Positions 59,793 through 64,000 of a DNA stretch of 64,000 bases are shown here, one piece after another. Source of the stretch: Phycisphaeraceae bacterium (lineage in GTDB: Bacteria; Planctomycetota; Phycisphaerae; Phycisphaerales; Phycisphaeraceae); NCBI GenBank assembly GCA_963674705.1, contig OY771506.1, forward strand, positions 320,001-384,000, in the 5' to 3' direction. The notes below the pieces were generated by a model. It saw nothing but the letters and a program-made list of their open reading frames with translations, had not been told where the DNA came from and searched no databases. The position numbers were made by a program, and so were the translations under genes. The number at the start of each line of letters is the position of its first letter. Position 1 is the stretch's first letter.

Positions 59793-60602
59793 ATGAACAC
59801 TTCCCGTCTTGCCTTTTGGCTCACCGCTTTACTATGCACAGCCGTCGTATCCTCCGCCTGGGCGGCAACTGTCAGTATCCACGTGCCGGAGTACGAAGGC
59901 ACACGCCACACCTATGGCGATGCGACACGCTATGTCGATCTCGACTTCGGGATGGCCTTTTCTCAGATCAACAACATCACAATCGAAGTCACCGGGACCG
60001 GCCACGAGGGAGCAGGGATCATCACCGGCGGCCTCTGGGACCCCGGCACTTACCCGGTGGCGCTGGACGCCGAATTCCTGATCGGATCGATGTCCGAGTA
60101 CCTGACCGACGGCAGCAGACTTTCCGGATGTTACTTCGGCGTCGTCGGGCTGTTCGATGACACGCCCCAAACGCTCCAACCATCCACGACCGTGCGGCCG
60201 CGTTACCAGACCTTCCTTGACGGGCAGGCCCAGTTGTACATCGAATCAAACTTCATCGGCACGTTTGATGGATACTTCTATCCGACCGATCCGTCATACG
60301 TCGATATCGAATCCTTCGTCATCACCATCGAAGGCGAACCTGCAGCACTAACCTTGGACCCCGACAACGACGGCTACGTCGGGTTGTCGGACCTCGACCT
60401 GGTGCTAGCTCATTGGGGCCACACCGTGACGCCGGGTAACCCCCTCAAGGGCGACCTCGACGGCGACGGACTCGTCGGCCTGGCCGACTTGGATATCGTA
60501 TTGAACAACTGGAACACAGCAACGACGCCGGCAGTCGTCGTACCGGAACCGACAGGATTTGTGCTGCTGAGCCTTGGTGTCTGTGCGTTATTAAGACGTT
60601 GA
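59793..60602 (+). CDS. PEP-CTERM protein with dockerin-like/EF-hand repeat
   Basis: Signal peptide; DNDGYVGLSDLDLVLAHW and GDLDGDGLVGLADLDIVLNNW; VPEP + TM + RR. Confidence 0.92.
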   Translation: MNTSRLAFWLTALLCTAVVSSAWAATVSIHVPEYEGTRHTYGDATRYVDLDFGMAFSQINNITIEVTGTGHEGAGIITGGLWDPGTYPVALDAEFLIGSMSEYLTDGSRLSGCYFGVVGLFDDTPQTLQPSTTVRPRYQTFLDGQAQLYIESNFIGTFDGYFYPTDPSYVDIESFVITIEGEPAALTLDPDNDGYVGLSDLDLVLAHWGHTVTPGNPLKGDLDGDGLVGLADLDIVLNNWNTATTPAVVVPEPTGFVLLSLGVCALLRR

Positions 60603-60678
60603 AAATGGCAATAAACAGCCTTATCCACCCTCTTTTCAACCCGCAAGTCGATGTTTTAAACAAAGCCCGAATGCTCAA

Positions 60679-60712
60679 CTAACGCCCGGGGATAGCTATC
60701 CCCGGGCGTTAG
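60679..60712. repeat. Perfect 34-bp palindrome (REP-like)
   Basis: CTAACGCCCGGGGATAGCTATCCCCGGGCGTTAG; degenerate copy at ~59568-59591. Confidence 0.85.
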
Positions 60713-60816
60713 GAAGTTCGGAAGTTGAAACCTCACCCAATCAGATAGACAGCGTTGCGATGCGCTTATCCACTCCCTGCATAAGAGTGAGAACCGATGC
60801 TACTTGCTTCCTGATA

Positions 60817-61242
60817 TTAACTATCACCGAAGTAGTAGTCTTTTACAACATCCGTTTCAATGTCATATTCAAACCTCAACCAATGGCTCCATTCCGAACC
60901 AAACAGAGAGTATTTAAGATGAAACGGCCCATACTTGAACTTACCCTCTGAAGAAGCGTCCGGCTCCCCAAGCATGCTACGAACTTCCGTGGCCGATAGA
61001 TTGTCTAAATGATGATCGTGTACGAGACTATCCATCATCTACAGCCGATCTGCATTGTCTGCAGCCAACCATTCTTGTTCTGTGAATTCACGATTAAACA
61101 GCCCAAGCTCGTACACTTGAATCAACGGACTAGACTTCTGCGACGGGTAAAGACATACCAAGAAACATACCAACAATGCGATTATCGCAATAACGACATA
61201 TCGAATACGTCCGCGTTTCTGCTTGTTTATACGACTGCTCAC
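60817..61242 (-). pseudogene. Membrane-anchored BamE/SmpA-like small protein interrupted by an in-frame TAG
   Basis: Track ORFs 61039-61242 and 60817-61038 are in the same frame, separated only by TAG: FTEQEW...DRL*MMDSL...EVRSMLGEPD. Confidence 0.7.
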
Positions 61243-61284
61243 AGGATGCCCGTTTGCACCTTCGCTTAACTATACAACAATATA

Positions 61285-61338
61285 ATAGCCGCATTGCAAC
61301 GCAATGCGGGCCCTGCGTTGCGTCGCAACGCAGCTATG
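61285..61338. repeat. Inverted REP doublet
   Basis: ATAGCCGCATTGCAACGCAATGCGGG + CCCTGCGTTGCGTCGCAACGCAGCTAT; relative at ~30223-30249. Confidence 0.8.
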
Positions 61339-61405
61339 ACAGAAACCTCCGCGATACACCCGAACTACTTCGTCTGCGTCGCCTTCGTCAAAGTGCAGCG
61401 CTCTG

Positions 61406-62092
61406 CTAACCGCTGTTTGAAGTCGAGGCCGAATCGAGCCATTGACGGCCGCCGGGAACAATCACTTCAGACCAGCCAAAATATCCGTAGAAATGAAGTG
61501 AAATATCGTCCCGATGCCGTTCAGGCACACGGCCTTTGTAATACCACGATTGTCCATCGTCACCGGATATCGTGACTTCAAACTCAAGATAAGAACCTTC
61601 ATGACTGGGGTAGAAAAGCTCAGCACGCCTTGTGTGATCAGCAAATGATTCGATTTGCTGTGCATCTGTGATGTGAACGCCCGGATTATTCTCAACATAA
61701 ACCCACACGTCGGATATCTCAGCCGCAGTCAGCGAACGAATGAAACCGCGTTGCTGCTCCTGGGCATGCAGATCTGGCGCGACAAAAATCAGCGCAAACC
61801 CAGCGAACAATCCACAACCCCCGAACCCCATCACAATGAACCAGCCCGAGGTGGCGGGCCATCGCTCACGAACGCGTAGTTGCCAGATAGTACCCGGCAC
61901 CATCCCAACCGCGAACCCCGTTGTCATGCCGGCACAGAACTTAGTGAACCATAACGTGTGTGGCCAACACAGTTGCCAAATGAACAATGAGATTATGCCA
62001 CCGAGCACCACGCAAAGGAGCATGCGCCAGTGCCCCCCCACGTTGCAGCTTCGCGCTGAGGTTTCCCAATCAAGTCCTTGAAACATCCTCAT
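61406..62092 (-). CDS. Hypothetical membrane protein (3 TM + soluble domain)
   Basis: 228-aa ORF with hydrophobic N-terminal half. Confidence 0.65.
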   Translation of the reverse strand: MRMFQGLDWETSARSCNVGGHWRMLLCVVLGGIISLFIWQLCWPHTLWFTKFCAGMTTGFAVGMVPGTIWQLRVRERWPATSGWFIVMGFGGCGLFAGFALIFVAPDLHAQEQQRGFIRSLTAAEISDVWVYVENNPGVHITDAQQIESFADHTRRAELFYPSHEGSYLEFEVTISGDDGQSWYYKGRVPERHRDDISLHFYGYFGWSEVIVPGGRQWLDSASTSNSG

Positions 62093-62279
62093 CGACCTTA
62101 TGACTGACCTGTTACCCCAGCTTGAGTCGAGTCACATTTTGATCCGCAGTGACAAAGTGCGCCGGAACACATTGCATTAAGATGATACATCCAGCGGCTG
62201 ATGCCTGTCATCGTTCAATCACCCCCAGAACATTTACAGAATCTCTGGCAAAGTGTGGCCCCCGGCATTAACTATATAT

Positions 62280-62612
62280 CTAGATTTGCTCACCGCATTC
62301 GGGACATTTGGGCTCGGATATGCCCTTGAGTATGTAGCCGCATTTGCGGCAGCGGCATTCGCCATCATCTTTCGCTCTCTTGATATATGAGTAGATAATG
62401 GCGGTTACGAGACAACCTAACGTGCCCATGGGAATCCAGAATACAAGCGTGCGATATAAGTAGACGCTCCAAAAATCACTTGGCACTTGGCTCTGAGCGT
62501 AAAAGCGGTAAACTGAAAAGTATGCATAAATGGCATACGCAATTGTGTATGCGAATACGCCGGACAAAACAGATACCATAAACCTTGATACTTCTAGCTT
62601 TGTTATCCGCAT
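62280..62612 (-). CDS. Small 2-TM protein with C-terminal zinc ribbon
   Basis: CRKCGYILKGISEPKCPECGE. Confidence 0.75.
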   Translation of the reverse strand: MRITKLEVSRFMVSVLSGVFAYTIAYAIYAYFSVYRFYAQSQVPSDFWSVYLYRTLVFWIPMGTLGCLVTAIIYSYIKRAKDDGECRCRKCGYILKGISEPKCPECGEQI

Positions 62613-62834
62613 GGTCAACCCTTATGCCACCCAATAGCCGATCGCCACACTTTTGTCATACCGCGACAACGTGTGCCGGAATACATTGCATTCATATGAT
62701 ACATTCTGCGGTTGATGTCTGACGATGTACAAACACACACAGCACTCTTTGCAGCTTTGCTGTTAAGGGACAATACCCGGTAAACCTTACGCGCAACGGG
62801 AATCCCAAAGACTTGCTGGAACAAGGTTGAACGC

Positions 62835-63155
62835 ATGCAATATGACGACTTGAAAGCTAAGTATCCCGAATTTATTGCTGGCTTGAAGCGACTGCCTTTG
62901 AATCGAAATAATGTCCCCCCTGAACTCCATGCATATATTCCATATGCAGAAGTATGGGGTGTGCCTGACGACCTTGAGCGAGAGCAACTTGCTGAACGAG
63001 CGCCTGAAGCCGCTAAAGCTGAAGTTGCCAGAATCGTTAAGGAAATCGATGATCAACTGGATGAATGGCTTGCTGGACCGGAAGCGGAAAGTGAGAATCC
63101 GTCGGATGAGTATGTGGCATTCTCCGCCATGCGTATGGCAGTTGACTTTATGTAA
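62835..63155 (+). CDS. Small acidic low-GC hypothetical protein
   Basis: 106 aa, AAGG upstream, helical pattern YAEVWGVPDD...EWLAGPE. Confidence 0.7.
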   Translation: MQYDDLKAKYPEFIAGLKRLPLNRNNVPPELHAYIPYAEVWGVPDDLEREQLAERAPEAAKAEVARIVKEIDDQLDEWLAGPEAESENPSDEYVAFSAMRMAVDFM

Positions 63156-63520
63156 CATGATGGACAACTAGCCGATTTATGTTCTCAAGTGCTACTGTAC
63201 ACATGTCTGCGCCATGGGTACGAGGATCGTGTCTTTGTAAGTTTATCCATGGGTAACTTGCCTATCCGAGATGGGCAGAAGCCGGTTACCGTCGCGCCCT
63301 AACGCGCCGATTCGTTGCGATCAAATCACCGCCTGCTCGACGGTCGGTTATCCACCACCTTACATGCGCACAGCCCTGTCGCGATTACCTGGCGCGCGCA
63401 CTTTTCTGCTTTCCCAATTTCCAGCTTTCAAGCTTTCCAGCTTTTTCAATTTCCCGCTCCCCCTCACCCCGCGTACAATGCCCGGCGACTGTGGCTTCGT
63501 GACTCATCGAGGGCTCGGGT

Positions 63521-64000
63521 GTGGAAAGTCAGGCATTCCGTGAATTGGCGTTGACGGAGATGGACGCTGTGTATCGCATGGCGATGCATCTGACGCGCAA
63601 TTCCGAGGACGCCTCCGACCTGGTGCAGGACACCTATCTCAAGGCGTTCAAGGCGGAAAAACGCTTTGAACTGCGTGAAAACGGGGTTCGGCCTTGGCTT
63701 TTCAAGATCCTGCACAACAACTTCTATACCCGCGTCGGCCGCAAGAGCCGGGAGCCTGTGCTTTCCGAGGACCTGTCGTATCAGCCGCACCAGGATGGCG
63801 ACCCGAGCCAGGACACGCCGGCGTGGGACCTGTCGCACCTGGACTGGGAGCAGGTCGACGATCGGCTCAAGCACGCAATCCATGAATTGCCAGAGCATTA
63901 CAGAGAGGTGCTATTGCTTTGGGCGGTGGAAGGATTGAAGTACCGGGAGGTCGCGGATGTGCTGGGTGTGCCGTTGGGCACGGTGATGAGCAGGCTGTAC
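63521..64000 (+). CDS. ECF sigma-70 factor (partial, runs off window end)
   Basis: Hand translation from GTG 63521: DASDLVQDTYLKAF, RPWLFKILHN, LPEHYREVLLL..VEGLKYREVADVLGVPLGTVMSRL. Confidence 0.92.
   Translation, partial: MESQAFRELALTEMDAVYRMAMHLTRNSEDASDLVQDTYLKAFKAEKRFELRENGVRPWLFKILHNNFYTRVGRKSREPVLSEDLSYQPHQDGDPSQDTPAWDLSHLDWEQVDDRLKHAIHELPEHYREVLLLWAVEGLKYREVADVLGVPLGTVMSRLY

Noticed and set aside
60700..63300. Integron cassette array
   Set aside because: No convincing RYYYAAC...GTTRRRY attC pairs after the ORFs, mixed gene orientation, and no integrase

Overview
High-GC bacterial chromosome segment, most likely Planctomycetota (Phycisphaerae-like). This is inferred from four PEP-CTERM proteins (one with a dockerin-like GDxDGDGxV repeat), membrane proteins ending in CxxC-(G/D)Y-x-L-x-G...CPECG zinc ribbons, and a planctomycete-type EF-Tu. 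It is mostly housekeeping: ilvE, truD, an osmoprotectant ABC transporter, efp, glgP-malQ, glyQS, rplU, rmuC, the tRNA-Thr-tuf-rpmG-tRNA-Trp-secE-nusG block, csrA, mtnP, ECF sigma factors and one intact-looking IS630. The most unusual content is intergenic. A family of nested palindromic elements built from 9-10-mer repeat arms (ACCGCGAAGGCGCGAAGAGCGCGAAG / TTAGCCACxGATxAACACGGAT and relatives) occurs empty (28.5 kb), with other repeat elements nested inside (31.2 and 32.2 kb), and wrapped around low-GC membrane-protein genes (54.4-55.1 kb; 42.5-45.4 kb, where duplicated right arms delimit a small cassette-like array). No mobilising enzyme for these elements is in the window. Other notable items are ordered heptamer-repeat composites (one with 12x TGGGGTG, hit by the IS630), a low-GC in-frame segment inside glyQS, and two tiny Trp/Asp/Cys-repeat PEP-CTERM proteins. 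All calls were made by eye, with no database searches. Start codons are best guesses.
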